Origin: an uncultured Gammaproteobacteria bacterium
GTDB lineage: Bacteria > Patescibacteriota > Microgenomatia > UBA1406 > HO2-37-13b
DNA: 64,000 nucleotides
Direction of reading: 5' to 3'
Assembly (NCBI GenBank): GCA_964413645.1
Contig: CAYPSA010000007.1
Coordinates: 3,621-67,620 of the forward strand
The number at the start of each line of letters is the position of its first letter. Position 1 is the stretch's first letter. Below are positions 34,413 through 44,408 of this stretch, one piece after another. The notes below the pieces were generated by a model that searched no databases, was not told the DNA's origin, and was given only the letters and a program-made list of their open reading frames with translations. The translations under genes and the position numbers were made by a program.

Positions 34413-35062
34413 CCAAATCCGTATACTGTTTTTATAAGTTTATTGGGAAATGTTCCATCTACTTTATCGCGCAAATTTTTTATATGTACACAGACTATGG
34501 TGTCATATATCTCGAGATTACTCTTCCACACATGATCTAGAATCATTCCCCGTGAAATAACACGACCAGAATTTTGGAGCAAAAATTCAAGAATTCGCGC
34601 TTCTTTTGGGCGTAAATCGAGGCGAACATTTTCTCTATATGCTCGTTTTGTAGTCGTATCAAAAACCAAGTCATGCGCTCTTAGAATCGTTCTATCCCTA
34701 TCCCTTTTATACCTTCGAAGCAATACGCGAATTCGCGCATGAAGTTCTGCAACCGCAATTGGCTTTAACAAAAAATCATCTGCACCCGAATCGAGTATTG
34801 CGACTTTATATGAAACCACCCCAATCGTTCCTAGAACCAAAATAGGAATTGAACTATCATAAGATTTAATCGACTTACATAAATTCAACTTATCACGTCT
34901 GAAAAAGATGCAGTTAATAATGACCAAATCATACTTATACAGACTCTTGATATGCAAAAAGCTCTCGCTACTAAGAATGTAGGTAACATTATATTTACGT
35001 TTGAGCTTGATCTTAATTACTGGGACCTCCTTATTGGTATCTTCAATAAGAAGGACGTTCAT
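34397..35062 (-). CDS. OmpR/PhoB-type response regulator with degenerate receiver (phospho-acceptor Asp replaced by Asn)
   Basis: Receiver-like N-terminus (LLIEDT.., DLVIINC.., ADDFLLKP) plus a winged-helix C-terminus (..IKTVYGFGYTIE). The start (35062 or 35083) is uncertain. Confidence 0.75.
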   Translation of the reverse strand: MNVLLIEDTNKEVPVIKIKLKRKYNVTYILSSESFLHIKSLYKYDLVIINCIFFRRDKLNLCKSIKSYDSSIPILVLGTIGVVSYKVAILDSGADDFLLKPIAVAELHARIRVLLRRYKRDRDRTILRAHDLVFDTTTKRAYRENVRLDLRPKEARILEFLLQNSGRVISRGMILDHVWKSNLEIYDTIVCVHIKNLRDKVDGTFPNKLIKTVYGFGYTIE

Positions 35063-35269
35063 GTTAGGAAAAAATATGGACAACTAACAAGTTGGAGAAG
35101 ATTTTTTTGAATACAAAGCCTAGAGAGAATATGTATACGCCGTATTGATTACTATCCGACGAGTGTGTCATGTGAAACAAACAGTTTCAATAACCGCCCA
35201 TAGTATAGTCTTTTTAAGCACAATGTCAAGGGGTATTTACTGTTGTGACAGGCTTATTAACAAGGTGGA

Positions 35270-36478
35270 TTATTTGCGTTGCAGAATAATGCCAAATGGA
35301 GTTGCTCGTCCCTGGGGAATAATATATCCTCCATTCCACAAACCAGTCGAAGCCCCACTATCTAAATTAAGTGCATTTTGGATACCTAACGCTTTTATCA
35401 CATGTGCAGCTTCAGCAACAGTAGCATTGTGAACGACGCCGATATAAACAATAGATCCACTTGCACCAATAAAGCTTCTAGGACCCTTACTACCACGCTT
35501 TGGCTCACCATCATCACCAAACGTAATATTTCCTCCCGATAAAAGCATCGGTTGACCGGCAATCACACTATCTACACTCGTGTCCCTTCCCCATTGCGAT
35601 GATTGTCCTACAAATCGAGCCGAACCACCCGAGAAAATAACAGCAGGAACACTGCTATAAACGTTATTATCAGAATTAAAATAATGCTTCCCCTTGTTCA
35701 TTATGAGTGTGTCAAAGGAATTTGTTTTTCCCGCACATGCCGGGTATGACGCCGGGCAAAAATACGGTCCGTTAATTGCAGCAAATCCGCCACTTCGTGC
35801 AGCGTAATCGGCGAGTGAGAGTACAGGGCAATTGTCCTTACAATCACCCTCAGAAGCAGTGTCTACTATCACTCGTGTAGAGTTTAAGTCGGCAGAAATA
35901 ATATCGACTAAGTATTCCCCAATATCTGCACTCACTTTTTGCCGACGGTATCCAGCGCCAGGAGGAGCGTTATTTACAGCAACACTTGCGGGAATTGAGA
36001 ATGAAGAAGCCATGCTTGCTTGTTGGGTATTAATATCTTTTTGGAGCTTTACAAGACTTGCTTGGGCAGAGGCATATTCCCGTTTGATCAATTGATTCAG
36101 AACTGCCACATATGCTTCGTCCAATTTCGCGGTTTTAGAACTACTCTCTTTAAGTTTTATAAGCGATTCATAAACTACGACACTTTTCTTATACGCATCT
36201 TCTATGGAGGTAATTGTTTTTCCCAGTTCCTGATTAATTTTATATTGATCCTGATTTTGTAAATCAGTAAGCTCTTGTTGTGACTTCTTAAGACTATTAA
36301 GTGTTACTGCGAGCTTATTATCAAGTGATTTTTCTTGAGCAGCAAGAGTAGAAACAGCAGTGTTCAATGTAAGAGTTTTGTAAGCAAAAAAACCTGTTAC
36401 CACAACCAGTACGCCCGTAACAAGCAGGGTAATAATCATCTTTCTATCTACTTTATCGCGTAGGTCGTGCATCCCCAT
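35270..36478 (-). CDS. Membrane-anchored coiled-coil protein with phosphodiester glycosidase (NAGPA/DUF2233-like) domain
   Basis: N-terminal TM, Q/K-rich coiled coil, and C-terminal GFAAINGPYF..RSFIGASGSIVYIGVV..ALNLDSGAS. Confidence 0.6.
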   Translation of the reverse strand: MGMHDLRDKVDRKMIITLLVTGVLVVVTGFFAYKTLTLNTAVSTLAAQEKSLDNKLAVTLNSLKKSQQELTDLQNQDQYKINQELGKTITSIEDAYKKSVVVYESLIKLKESSSKTAKLDEAYVAVLNQLIKREYASAQASLVKLQKDINTQQASMASSFSIPASVAVNNAPPGAGYRRQKVSADIGEYLVDIISADLNSTRVIVDTASEGDCKDNCPVLSLADYAARSGGFAAINGPYFCPASYPACAGKTNSFDTLIMNKGKHYFNSDNNVYSSVPAVIFSGGSARFVGQSSQWGRDTSVDSVIAGQPMLLSGGNITFGDDGEPKRGSKGPRSFIGASGSIVYIGVVHNATVAEAAHVIKALGIQNALNLDSGASTGLWNGGYIIPQGRATPFGIILQRK

Positions 36479-36517
36479 ATGTACGATTATACATACTCCA
36501 ATTGATTATTTTTCCGA

Positions 36518-36685
36518 TTAATCATCCGGTGTATCATTCACCCAATCTATACTGTCGTCACAGTCGCAGTCTGAACTTTTAAACGCAAATTTGAGTTCTA
36601 CCAAGGAAACATCTTGGTTGTTTTTTTGCGCCTGATTAAGAACCTTACACACCGGACATTCATGCGAATTCATATCGTTTTTCAT
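36518..36685 (-). CDS. Small Cys-containing ORF (55 aa; CPVC..CDC)
   Basis: Not in the ORF track. Translation is MKNDMNSHECPVCKVLNQAQKNNQDVSLVELKFAFKSSDCDCDDSIDWVNDTPDD. It is preceded by TAGACA-17-TACAAT-9-ATG. Confidence 0.4.
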   Translation of the reverse strand: MKNDMNSHECPVCKVLNQAQKNNQDVSLVELKFAFKSSDCDCDDSIDWVNDTPDD

Positions 36686-36694
36686 ATGTCACGG

Positions 36695-36723
36695 ATTGTA
36701 TTAAATGAAGTTACGAATGTCTA
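36695..36723 (-). promoter_or_regulatory. Promoter TAGACA-17-TACAAT, 9 nt upstream of ATG 36685
   Basis: Hexamers read on the minus strand. The -35 box is part of the 43-nt element shared with 1525-1567. Confidence 0.5.
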
Positions 36724-36802
36724 CGGTCTATAAGTCCCAAAAGTTCTGGTTTAGAGCATTGTGATAGAATAATTTGAGCTTTATACCACTACTTCAAAGT
36801 AC

Positions 36803-37342
36803 TCACCAACCCATAAACGCTACGAATTTCTTTACGGATCGTTTGTAATAACTATCAATCATTTTTTCTAAGAGCTCATCTGGAGTAAACCATCCATATT
36901 CTGAACATTCTCGCATATCAACGACCATTTCTTGCTGAGGTTTTTTTAAAGCATAAAATAAATCGAAGTGTACTTTGCATGCCGTACGTGGGTTTTCAAT
37001 ATCAATAATCTGCATTCCAAACGGACCTTGAACATCTGAAAGAGCGATATCCAAACCGAGCTCTTCTTTAATTTCTCGAACTACATTATCTTCAGGCAAC
37101 TCGTTCGTCTCCAAATGCCCTCCCGGGAACAGCCACATACCCGCTTTTCGATGATTAACAGCAAAAACTTTTTTCTCCTTTGGATCGTATACAACAAACA
37201 TGGCGCAGAAATGAGAGATAGAATTCGTTTCACGAAGCAAATTCCCCTTATTTATTCGATTCACAAAACGTTCATGTTCAAAATCATCTATTATTTGAGG
37301 AGTCGCGAGAGCAAGAAGATGAGCTTGTAATTTCTTATCCAT
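36803..37342 (-). CDS. NUDIX hydrolase
   Basis: Nudix box GGHLETNELPEDNVVREIKEELG. Confidence 0.85.
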   Translation of the reverse strand: MDKKLQAHLLALATPQIIDDFEHERFVNRINKGNLLRETNSISHFCAMFVVYDPKEKKVFAVNHRKAGMWLFPGGHLETNELPEDNVVREIKEELGLDIALSDVQGPFGMQIIDIENPRTACKVHFDLFYALKKPQQEMVVDMRECSEYGWFTPDELLEKMIDSYYKRSVKKFVAFMGW

Positions 37343-37395
37343 ATCCTACCCTATTCTATCAGAGTTTAAGAATCTAATTGCTTTATAATATGCTT

Positions 37396-37767
37396 ATGGG
37401 AAGCATTACAGAAAATAACGACACATTGCAGATTACAAAAGAACAAGGATTCCCCGATGAACTTGTTTTGGAAACACATTTACAGATCCCCTATTCCACT
37501 GCGAATTTTGAAGGAAAAGTTTTTTCATTCAAAAATAAACCACAAATCCGAAATTATCAGCAACCTCCTGTTCGAAATTTTCTAGTAGAAAATAGAAATG
37601 GAAAGTGGATTTATTGGGGACTTATTCATGTCTTGGAGATAACTCATGATTATGAAAATAAAACAACTTCTGGAAAATTCAAAATTATTTACATCAACAC
37701 TCCCGATGAAATGAAAAAGGCATTCGAGCTCATTGACAGAAATCCGAATACAAATTATTTTAGATAA
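37396..37767 (+). CDS. Hypothetical protein (123 aa)
   Basis: ORF with ATG 37396 lying 6 nt after TATAAT (37384-37389). I recognise no motif. Confidence 0.5.
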   Translation: MGSITENNDTLQITKEQGFPDELVLETHLQIPYSTANFEGKVFSFKNKPQIRNYQQPPVRNFLVENRNGKWIYWGLIHVLEITHDYENKTTSGKFKIIYINTPDEMKKAFELIDRNPNTNYFR

Positions 37768-38463
37768 TTATCTCTTTCGAAGTGGAAGCAAAGGAGTGAT
37801 TTGCCTTTTTAGGCGATCCGCCGCATATCTAGCAGGACCAGTCTCTTGTGGCCTCTCAGGATTATGCCTATCGCTAATAATTACAGAATCGTTCGTTGTG
37901 GCATTAATATACATCCCTTGCGACCGCAGAGTACGCAACTCTATTCGAGCTCGATCAAGAAGTATCTGCGAATCAGAGTGAGGACGTCCACCTAATTGAA
38001 CATTTATATTCAAATATGTTGTCTCATCTAAAATATCATCAGTTCGCCCAGAATGAGCCAGATCGAGCTTTGTCGCTCCATGTGAATCATGATAATCCAT
38101 AGGAGCTCCAGGTTCTCGCATGCCCCCCCATCCATTGATATTAATTTCCTTATAACCCGAGACTATTTGAACCCAAATTCCTGGATCGCTACCAGCCCGG
38201 ACCCTTCGTTCGTCGAGATCACCACTAACTTTCGGCCTAATTATTACTTCAGCATTTGCAAGTTCTGCGGGTGAAAGTGTTAAATCTTTTTCGATATTTC
38301 CGAGTACATGAGTGAAATCGTCGTCATCTACTTCGTCGGCAAAAAGTCCCAATGTCTCTGCATACTGACTTAATAAAGATCCCACAAGTCTTTTCTCTTC
38401 ATGTAACTGTGGGGCACTTTCATCGCTTCGAGGTAAATCTGTCATAGAGTCATTATAAAGCAT
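37768..38463 (-). CDS. Hypothetical acidic protein (231 aa)
   Basis: Long ORF with no TM and no motif I recognise. Confidence 0.5.
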   Translation of the reverse strand: MLYNDSMTDLPRSDESAPQLHEEKRLVGSLLSQYAETLGLFADEVDDDDFTHVLGNIEKDLTLSPAELANAEVIIRPKVSGDLDERRVRAGSDPGIWVQIVSGYKEININGWGGMREPGAPMDYHDSHGATKLDLAHSGRTDDILDETTYLNINVQLGGRPHSDSQILLDRARIELRTLRSQGMYINATTNDSVIISDRHNPERPQETGPARYAADRLKRQITPLLPLRKR

Positions 38464-38520
38464 TATCTTGTAGTTTGACTACAAAATTTAATAACTCTCC
38501 TTATTTTATATAATGACCAG

Positions 38521-39252
38521 ATGGAATTCCTGAGACTTCTGTATCTCTTTCTCATGGCAGTTTATATTACCCGTGCACTTGCGTTGCGGAATAAAAGATC
38601 GCGATGGTTACTGATTACGAGTGCAATTACTATCCACGCATTCTATTTTTTCGGATGGAATGGAATACTTTTCCTAATTACTGCCGCTATAATCTCTACC
38701 TTAGCTGAACTGATGTGTTTAAAAACTCGTTTTAATGTATTCGGGGTTGCGTATAAATACAATTTAAATCACCGATATTTTTCGAGTCGAAAAATCATGG
38801 GTAGAGTACTCCCCATTGAAGTGTCAGCCACATGGGCTTTGCTTAAGTACCTTTCTTTTTTCTTAGCGTTAATCATTCTAACACCGCTTGGCATTCATGG
38901 AATTCCTAAAGCGATCGTTTCTGCTTTGATTCTCGTTTCGTTTGACTTATTACTTGACCCTCATGCGGTTGCTCAAAGAGCGTGGGAATGGAAAGGAGCA
39001 GGCTGGTTTTTTGGAATTCCGTGGCAAAACTTTTTAGGGTGGTTTATTGTTGGATTTACAATATCGCTATTATTCATAAACCTACAACCCATCGTGCCGA
39101 TCGATTTTGCAATGTCAATTCCACTTGTGATTACTGCCGCCATGTTTCCCTTGTTTATTATTAAGAAATTATGGGTACGTAATAAGTTTAAAGCAATTTT
39201 AGCATTAGCACCTCTTGCTATTGTCGTTATGGCGGCGGTACTATCATTATGA
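38521..39252 (+). CDS. Carotenoid-biosynthesis-protein-like (DUF422/CruF-like) membrane protein
   Basis: Seven TMs and the motif LLDPHAVAQRAWEWKGAGWFFGIPWQNFLGW. ATG lies 6 nt after TATAAT (38509-38514). Confidence 0.5.
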   Translation: MEFLRLLYLFLMAVYITRALALRNKRSRWLLITSAITIHAFYFFGWNGILFLITAAIISTLAELMCLKTRFNVFGVAYKYNLNHRYFSSRKIMGRVLPIEVSATWALLKYLSFFLALIILTPLGIHGIPKAIVSALILVSFDLLLDPHAVAQRAWEWKGAGWFFGIPWQNFLGWFIVGFTISLLFINLQPIVPIDFAMSIPLVITAAMFPLFIIKKLWVRNKFKAILALAPLAIVVMAAVLSL

Positions 39253-39291
39253 GGATGTGATAAAATCACACTACAAAAGGAGGTGAAACAT

Positions 39292-39507
39292 ATGGCACAA
39301 ATACATTTAGGTGATGGAAAATGGCTTTTATCAGATTGCGGTCAAATACCCAGTGAAAATAATTGCACACTAGTAATGACAGCCCCCGAAAGTCAGCGAG
39401 AAGATTTGCTCGACGCAGCGGTTGCTCATGCGGTTAAGCATCATCAACATCAAGAAACTCCAGAACTTCGAGACGAAGTAAGCAAGATGATAGTGGAACT
39501 TGTATAA
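39292..39507 (+). CDS. DUF1059-family small protein
   Basis: Pattern DCG..C..V..A..E.LL....HA...H. A strong SD (AAAGGAGG) lies 8 nt upstream of ATG 39292. Confidence 0.6.
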   Translation: MAQIHLGDGKWLLSDCGQIPSENNCTLVMTAPESQREDLLDAAVAHAVKHHQHQETPELRDEVSKMIVELV

Positions 39508-39523
39508 CCCATCCTATTTTGGG

Positions 39524-39594
39524 CTCGGGGACAAGGATTCGAACCTCGATTAACGGATTCAGAGTCCGTTGTCCTACCATTGAACGATCCCCGA
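39524..39594 (-). tRNA. tRNA-Gln (anticodon CUG)
   Basis: Manual cloverleaf: acceptor UCGGGGA/UCCCCGA, D stem GUUC/GGAC, anticodon stem ACGGA/UCCGU with loop CUCUGAA, T arm CGAGG-UUCGAAU-CCUUG. CCA is not encoded. Confidence 0.9.
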
Positions 39595-39716
39595 TTGATA
39601 GGTAATTATACTACGAATATTGAATAATTAGAAATTTTGCATTAATAGGCTCTTTATTGATTTTATATAGTTCCAATAGTATAGTGAGTGGTATATTCTC
39701 CAATTCAAATTTCATC

Positions 39717-41747
39717 ATGGTGCCTCAAATTACTTATTCAACATCCCAACCGAACCTAAAGGAACAAAGACTAAGTGGTCTAGATGGCCTACGAGGACTC
39801 GCGATAATTTTAGTCTTCTTAAATCACATAGATTCACAACACATTATTGGTTCATTTCCAATTTTTTTTAGACCAATTATTAAGGCTTTTTTTGCAAGTG
39901 GATTAAATATCGGAGTCGGGCTTTTATTTATTCTTTCCGGATTCCTTATGACATATATTTACCCACGACCCAAGAATATCCTTGACTTTCTTCAGAAAAG
40001 ATACACAAGAATTTTCCCTCTTTTTATAACAATGACGCTCGTCATGACTCTATTTAGAGTAGCGCCAACGCTTGATCCAATTTCGCGAATTGCAAGCATG
40101 ATTGTGCTCGCCGTTTCCGCACATGTATTATGGGTATACGGCGTTCAGAAATTGAATAAATTTGCTCTATCACGACTGCTTTTTTTAGGATTTATTGGAT
40201 TGCAAATATTCGCAGCTTTATTATATGTGCTAGTCATTGCGCGACAACCCGCCATAGTTTTTAATCAACTTTGGCCAATGTACATTCGTGAAGGAATTAT
40301 TACCCTTGTAAATGCTACCCTGACATTGCCGCTCGGACAATATATTCCCATACTTAATGGCGTATATTGGACATTAATTTGCGAAGTTCTATTTTATATA
40401 CTTTATCCTATTATTTGCGTGCCCTTTATCAATCTACTTTCTCACCAAAACAAAAGCATTAAAATACTGTTCCTTTTAAGCTTGCTTCCATTTTTCTCGG
40501 CTCTTACCGATATTTCAAAACAGCTTCTGGGTCTGAGCATATTGAATCTGCCATTTTTTATGTATTTTGCGACAGGAATCTCGTTAGGTTATCTTGCCAA
40601 AAATAAAGAAGATCTATTAAACTTGGTTTCGATCAAATTGAAATTCTTTACAAATATTGCGAGCTTCTTTGTCTTAATCGTATTGGCACATATATCTCTA
40701 GATAATACTTCAGGAAAATTAAACGAATGGATAGTTATGTTGTGGGCATTTCCACTAACGCTTTTTGTTGCTTTCACACTAAATACATTCACCTCAATCT
40801 CGCGTTTTTTCAGTTCTAAATATCTTATTTTTTCTGGTCTAATCAGCTACTCCATATATCTCTCACATACTGGAATCGTGGATTCGTTTCATTTAATTTT
40901 CAGGCCAAACAATCTGATACAAAATATTTTCTTTATTATTATTGTTTTTGCAGTAACAGTCTTATTAGCATCTCTGCTTTATTATTTGCTAGAAAAGCCC
41001 TATTTCAATAGAAAAGCGTATCCAAACAACCTTCAGCAAGAATCTAGATTTCTTCCTTTTCCTATTCTAACTTCAGGAATTTTTATAATTTTTATACTAG
41101 CGATTTTCTTCGCTTTTCAATCAAGTTTCAATCTGCTATCTCATGAAAAGTCTTTTGGAACAGAGACAGTCATTTCCTCAAAAATTGAAAAAAATACGAA
41201 AAGGATTTCGCTTGAAGATAATCGTGGAATTGTACTTCAAATTAAAAGCCCTCGAGACAAGCTCGGCATCATTACGGCAGATTTATCCTATGAATCGAGA
41301 CTGGAGAAAATACATAATAATAAAACACCACAACAACTCATATTTCAAATCAAACCATCATCATCGTCGGAATGGTATTCGACCTCAATGTATAAGCCCG
41401 CTGAAATAGGCCAGAGCAAAATGCATCCGTTTGGATTTCCACTGATTGAAAAATCAAAAAATATCGATTTTGATGTCAAATTAAGTTTAGCCAATTACGA
41501 TTCACCTGAGGATATTTACTTAAATATTAACAATGGAGTAGTTGTTCGAAGTGTCAATCAATTAAACAAACAAGAACTTTTTAAAAATCCCCCATTGCTA
41601 ATTTCTCTGATTTCGCAAAGACTTATGTCGATATCTACAAATATTGAAGCACAAGGCGTATTGTTAAAATTTTCACCAATTGCATTGCTCTTAATATACT
41701 TATCGTTCACTTCTCTTTATGCTCAAAATAAAAAGAAAGATTTATAG
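39717..41747 (+). CDS. Acyltransferase family 3 (OafA/YrhL-like) membrane protein with C-terminal extracytoplasmic domain
   Basis: LSGLDGLRGLAIILVFLNH, about 10 TMs, and a C-terminal domain of roughly 200 aa. The start (39657 TTG or 39717 ATG) is uncertain. Confidence 0.75.
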   Translation: MVPQITYSTSQPNLKEQRLSGLDGLRGLAIILVFLNHIDSQHIIGSFPIFFRPIIKAFFASGLNIGVGLLFILSGFLMTYIYPRPKNILDFLQKRYTRIFPLFITMTLVMTLFRVAPTLDPISRIASMIVLAVSAHVLWVYGVQKLNKFALSRLLFLGFIGLQIFAALLYVLVIARQPAIVFNQLWPMYIREGIITLVNATLTLPLGQYIPILNGVYWTLICEVLFYILYPIICVPFINLLSHQNKSIKILFLLSLLPFFSALTDISKQLLGLSILNLPFFMYFATGISLGYLAKNKEDLLNLVSIKLKFFTNIASFFVLIVLAHISLDNTSGKLNEWIVMLWAFPLTLFVAFTLNTFTSISRFFSSKYLIFSGLISYSIYLSHTGIVDSFHLIFRPNNLIQNIFFIIIVFAVTVLLASLLYYLLEKPYFNRKAYPNNLQQESRFLPFPILTSGIFIIFILAIFFAFQSSFNLLSHEKSFGTETVISSKIEKNTKRISLEDNRGIVLQIKSPRDKLGIITADLSYESRLEKIHNNKTPQQLIFQIKPSSSSEWYSTSMYKPAEIGQSKMHPFGFPLIEKSKNIDFDVKLSLANYDSPEDIYLNINNGVVVRSVNQLNKQELFKNPPLLISLISQRLMSISTNIEAQGVLLKFSPIALLLIYLSFTSLYAQNKKKDL

Positions 41748-41763
41748 ATATAATTAATAGTTT

Positions 41764-43647
41764 TTACTTTCCCACAAGCTCTGTCTTTATACGCATTACC
41801 TTCATAACAATCGCAGCTGCGTCAATGGATTCATACGCTAAAAGGTCTTCGGGTTTTCCGCTGCGAGGCATTTTAGTGACGCAAAGTGAGTGAATGGGAG
41901 TGGGAGTTTGAGCGAGAGCGGATGCGACCGCCTCCCCGATTCCGCCTGCTTTGTAATGATCTTCTACAACTATTATTGCCTTCGTTTCTTTTGCCGCTTT
42001 TTTGAGTGTTTTAATATCAAGGGGTTGAATAGAATATAAATCGATTACGCGTACATTGATCTTTTTATCCTTTAGAGTTTTTGCTGCTTTTAAAGCTTCG
42101 TGGAGGGTGATTCCTACTGCAATGATCGTGAGAAAATCCTTCCCCGATGAAACGAGTGTTTTAGATCCGCCGATTTCAAACCGATCTGCAGCTGAATACA
42201 ATACTGGTGTTTGGGCACGGGTAAGTCGCAAATACGAGATTCCTACATTTTTTGCAGTCTCCTCAACTAACTTATCACAACTCACCCCATCGCTCGGATA
42301 TAACACAACGCTATTTAAAAGTCCTCGAAACATCGCAATATCCTCAAGCCCCATCTGCGACGCGCCATCGGGCCCCATTGAAACTCCCACATGTGAACCC
42401 GCAATCTTAATGTTACTTAGAGAATATTGTGCCATGCGAATTTGATCGTGTGCGCGCGTTAAAAACGATCCGAAAGTTGAAATAAATGGCATTTTTCCAA
42501 CAGCGCTCATTCCCATTGCTACTGAAACCATATTTTGTTCCGCAATATACATTTCAAAAAATCGATCGGGGAATTTGTGTTGGAATAATTCCGAGAAAGT
42601 TGAGTTCCCCATTCCGGCGTCCATAACCACCATTTTTGGATATTTTTTCTCAATTCGTACAAGTGCGTTTCCGTACGCTTGGCGTGTTGCAATCAGTTCA
42701 CCTTTTACATACGTAACTGATTTAGTTGTATTAGAAAGTGTTTCGAGTTTTGAAAGAATTGTCTCTTCGCTGGTCTTGCGAACAAGCGGCACCGGGAGTA
42801 ATTTTCCTCGAACAGCTACATCTACATTTCCCAAATCATTAATCGCCTGTGCAAGTTCGGCCTGTGATAGCGCTTTTCCATGCCATCCGTCTTTATTTTC
42901 TAAAAATGACACTCCCGCACCTTTTATAGTCTTGGCGATAATCGCTACAGGTTTTTTATGCATTTTTTGGCGCTTCTGATATGTGTGTAGAAGCGCAGAG
43001 ATATCATGTCCATCATGGACTATTAGAGTGTCCCACCCCAGAGCTTCGAATTTATTTTTGTATTTTTTTAAGTCCCAGCCAAACATGCTTTGGCCCGCCT
43101 GTTCAAGTCGACTCACGTCAACGAGCGCAGTCAGATTATCGAGTTTATAATGAGCCGCGCAATCAACCGCTTCCCAATTTGAGCCTTCCTCAAGCTCTCC
43201 ATCACCAAGTAAGACGTAAATATGCGCGTTGTTTTTTTCTAAATATTTTGCATTAATTGCCATTCCGGCCCCTACTCCCAACCCCTGCCCCAATGAGCCC
43301 GTAGCTACATCGGTGTACGTGAAATTGAGAGTAGGGTGTCCTTCTAAATTACTTCCAAATTCACGTAAAGTACTTAATTGAGCTATATCAATCGCATCAG
43401 CCCCCGCCCACAAGGCATAAAAAAGAGGAGCTGCGTGTCCTTTTGAAAAGATAAGTCGATCATTATGGGGATTATGTTTGTTGGTCAAATCATAATGAAA
43501 AAATCCACCATAAAAAAGTGTAGAAGTAAGCTCGACTGCCGACAAGCACGACGTTGGGTGCCCGCTTCCTGCGTGCGTTGTGGTCGTAAGTACCAAATAA
43601 CGCATTAAAGTTGAAAGTTTCTGAATATGATCTATGGTTTGTCTCAT
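41764..43647 (-). CDS. tkt: Transketolase
   Basis: GSGHPTSCLS, the ThDP motif GDGELEEGSNWEA, and full three-domain length. Confidence 0.92.
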   Translation of the reverse strand: MRQTIDHIQKLSTLMRYLVLTTTTHAGSGHPTSCLSAVELTSTLFYGGFFHYDLTNKHNPHNDRLIFSKGHAAPLFYALWAGADAIDIAQLSTLREFGSNLEGHPTLNFTYTDVATGSLGQGLGVGAGMAINAKYLEKNNAHIYVLLGDGELEEGSNWEAVDCAAHYKLDNLTALVDVSRLEQAGQSMFGWDLKKYKNKFEALGWDTLIVHDGHDISALLHTYQKRQKMHKKPVAIIAKTIKGAGVSFLENKDGWHGKALSQAELAQAINDLGNVDVAVRGKLLPVPLVRKTSEETILSKLETLSNTTKSVTYVKGELIATRQAYGNALVRIEKKYPKMVVMDAGMGNSTFSELFQHKFPDRFFEMYIAEQNMVSVAMGMSAVGKMPFISTFGSFLTRAHDQIRMAQYSLSNIKIAGSHVGVSMGPDGASQMGLEDIAMFRGLLNSVVLYPSDGVSCDKLVEETAKNVGISYLRLTRAQTPVLYSAADRFEIGGSKTLVSSGKDFLTIIAVGITLHEALKAAKTLKDKKINVRVIDLYSIQPLDIKTLKKAAKETKAIIVVEDHYKAGGIGEAVASALAQTPTPIHSLCVTKMPRSGKPEDLLAYESIDAAAIVMKVMRIKTELVGK

Positions 43648-43650
43648 AAC

Positions 43651-44391
43651 TTAACTCCCTACAACTCCCACAACACAATTTCCATTCCATCCAACCCCAA
43701 TTTTTGTTACCGAAGAATTCAAAATAATGTCATGATGTGGCGGACTTTGCATCCAACCGTTAAATATTGACTCTACAGACGTATGTTGCCATCCAATCAC
43801 TTCCCCATTAGCAAATCCACTGTAGCCAGCGTCTTTTGCTCGTTTAGTAAAATCGGATCCATCGGTACCTGTGTGGCTGAAGTGGTTATTATTGCACATG
43901 TCAGCCGCATGGCGACGTGCTGCGGTAGTAAGCGCACCGTCGGTACCTAGTTGTCCTAAATTCTGTCTCCCGCGCTCAGAATTGATAAGCGAAATTGTCT
44001 GCGATTCCAGACCAGCATTGCCTGTTTGACCTGTTTGAACACTAGTTGCTGGAGCGTTGGTAGGTTCTGTAGGTTTGCTTGTAGGCGCGCTTGTTGGTTC
44101 GCCCGCTGGCGGCTTTGTCGGCGTCTTTGTAGGAGTTAAACTCGGTACTCTAACGAGAGTAAAAGTTGGAGAAATAACTCTTCGCAAAGTTGTAACCGTC
44201 TGAGTTTGAGCTTGCGCTGTAGTTAAAGTTCTTCGAGTGGGTGTATAGAATGCGCCCAATACTTTCGAATTTGTCTTTGCATCCTGACCGTAAACAAAAA
44301 AATTATTGGAAACGAATAACATTAATGAAAATGCACACGCTACTGAAGCTGCAATTTTTGCATACAAATACTTCCTGTTCATTACATTCAT
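43651..44391 (-). CDS. CAP/SCP/PR1-like secreted protein (second paralog)
   Basis: Signal/TM, PT-rich linker, and CAP motifs HFSHTGTDGS and GWMQSPPHHDIIL. Confidence 0.75.
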   Translation of the reverse strand: MNVMNRKYLYAKIAASVACAFSLMLFVSNNFFVYGQDAKTNSKVLGAFYTPTRRTLTTAQAQTQTVTTLRRVISPTFTLVRVPSLTPTKTPTKPPAGEPTSAPTSKPTEPTNAPATSVQTGQTGNAGLESQTISLINSERGRQNLGQLGTDGALTTAARRHAADMCNNNHFSHTGTDGSDFTKRAKDAGYSGFANGEVIGWQHTSVESIFNGWMQSPPHHDIILNSSVTKIGVGWNGNCVVGVVGS

Positions 44392-44408
44392 GCTACAGCA
44401 ATCAGAAG

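Noticed and set aside
42056-43256. Plus-strand ORFs of 129, 134 and 91 aa inside the transketolase gene, and similar antisense ORFs inside valS, the giant ORF, murT, ychF and others
   Set aside because: They lie entirely antisense to strongly supported genes, have biased low-complexity composition, and lack promoter or start context. These are typical shadow ORFs.
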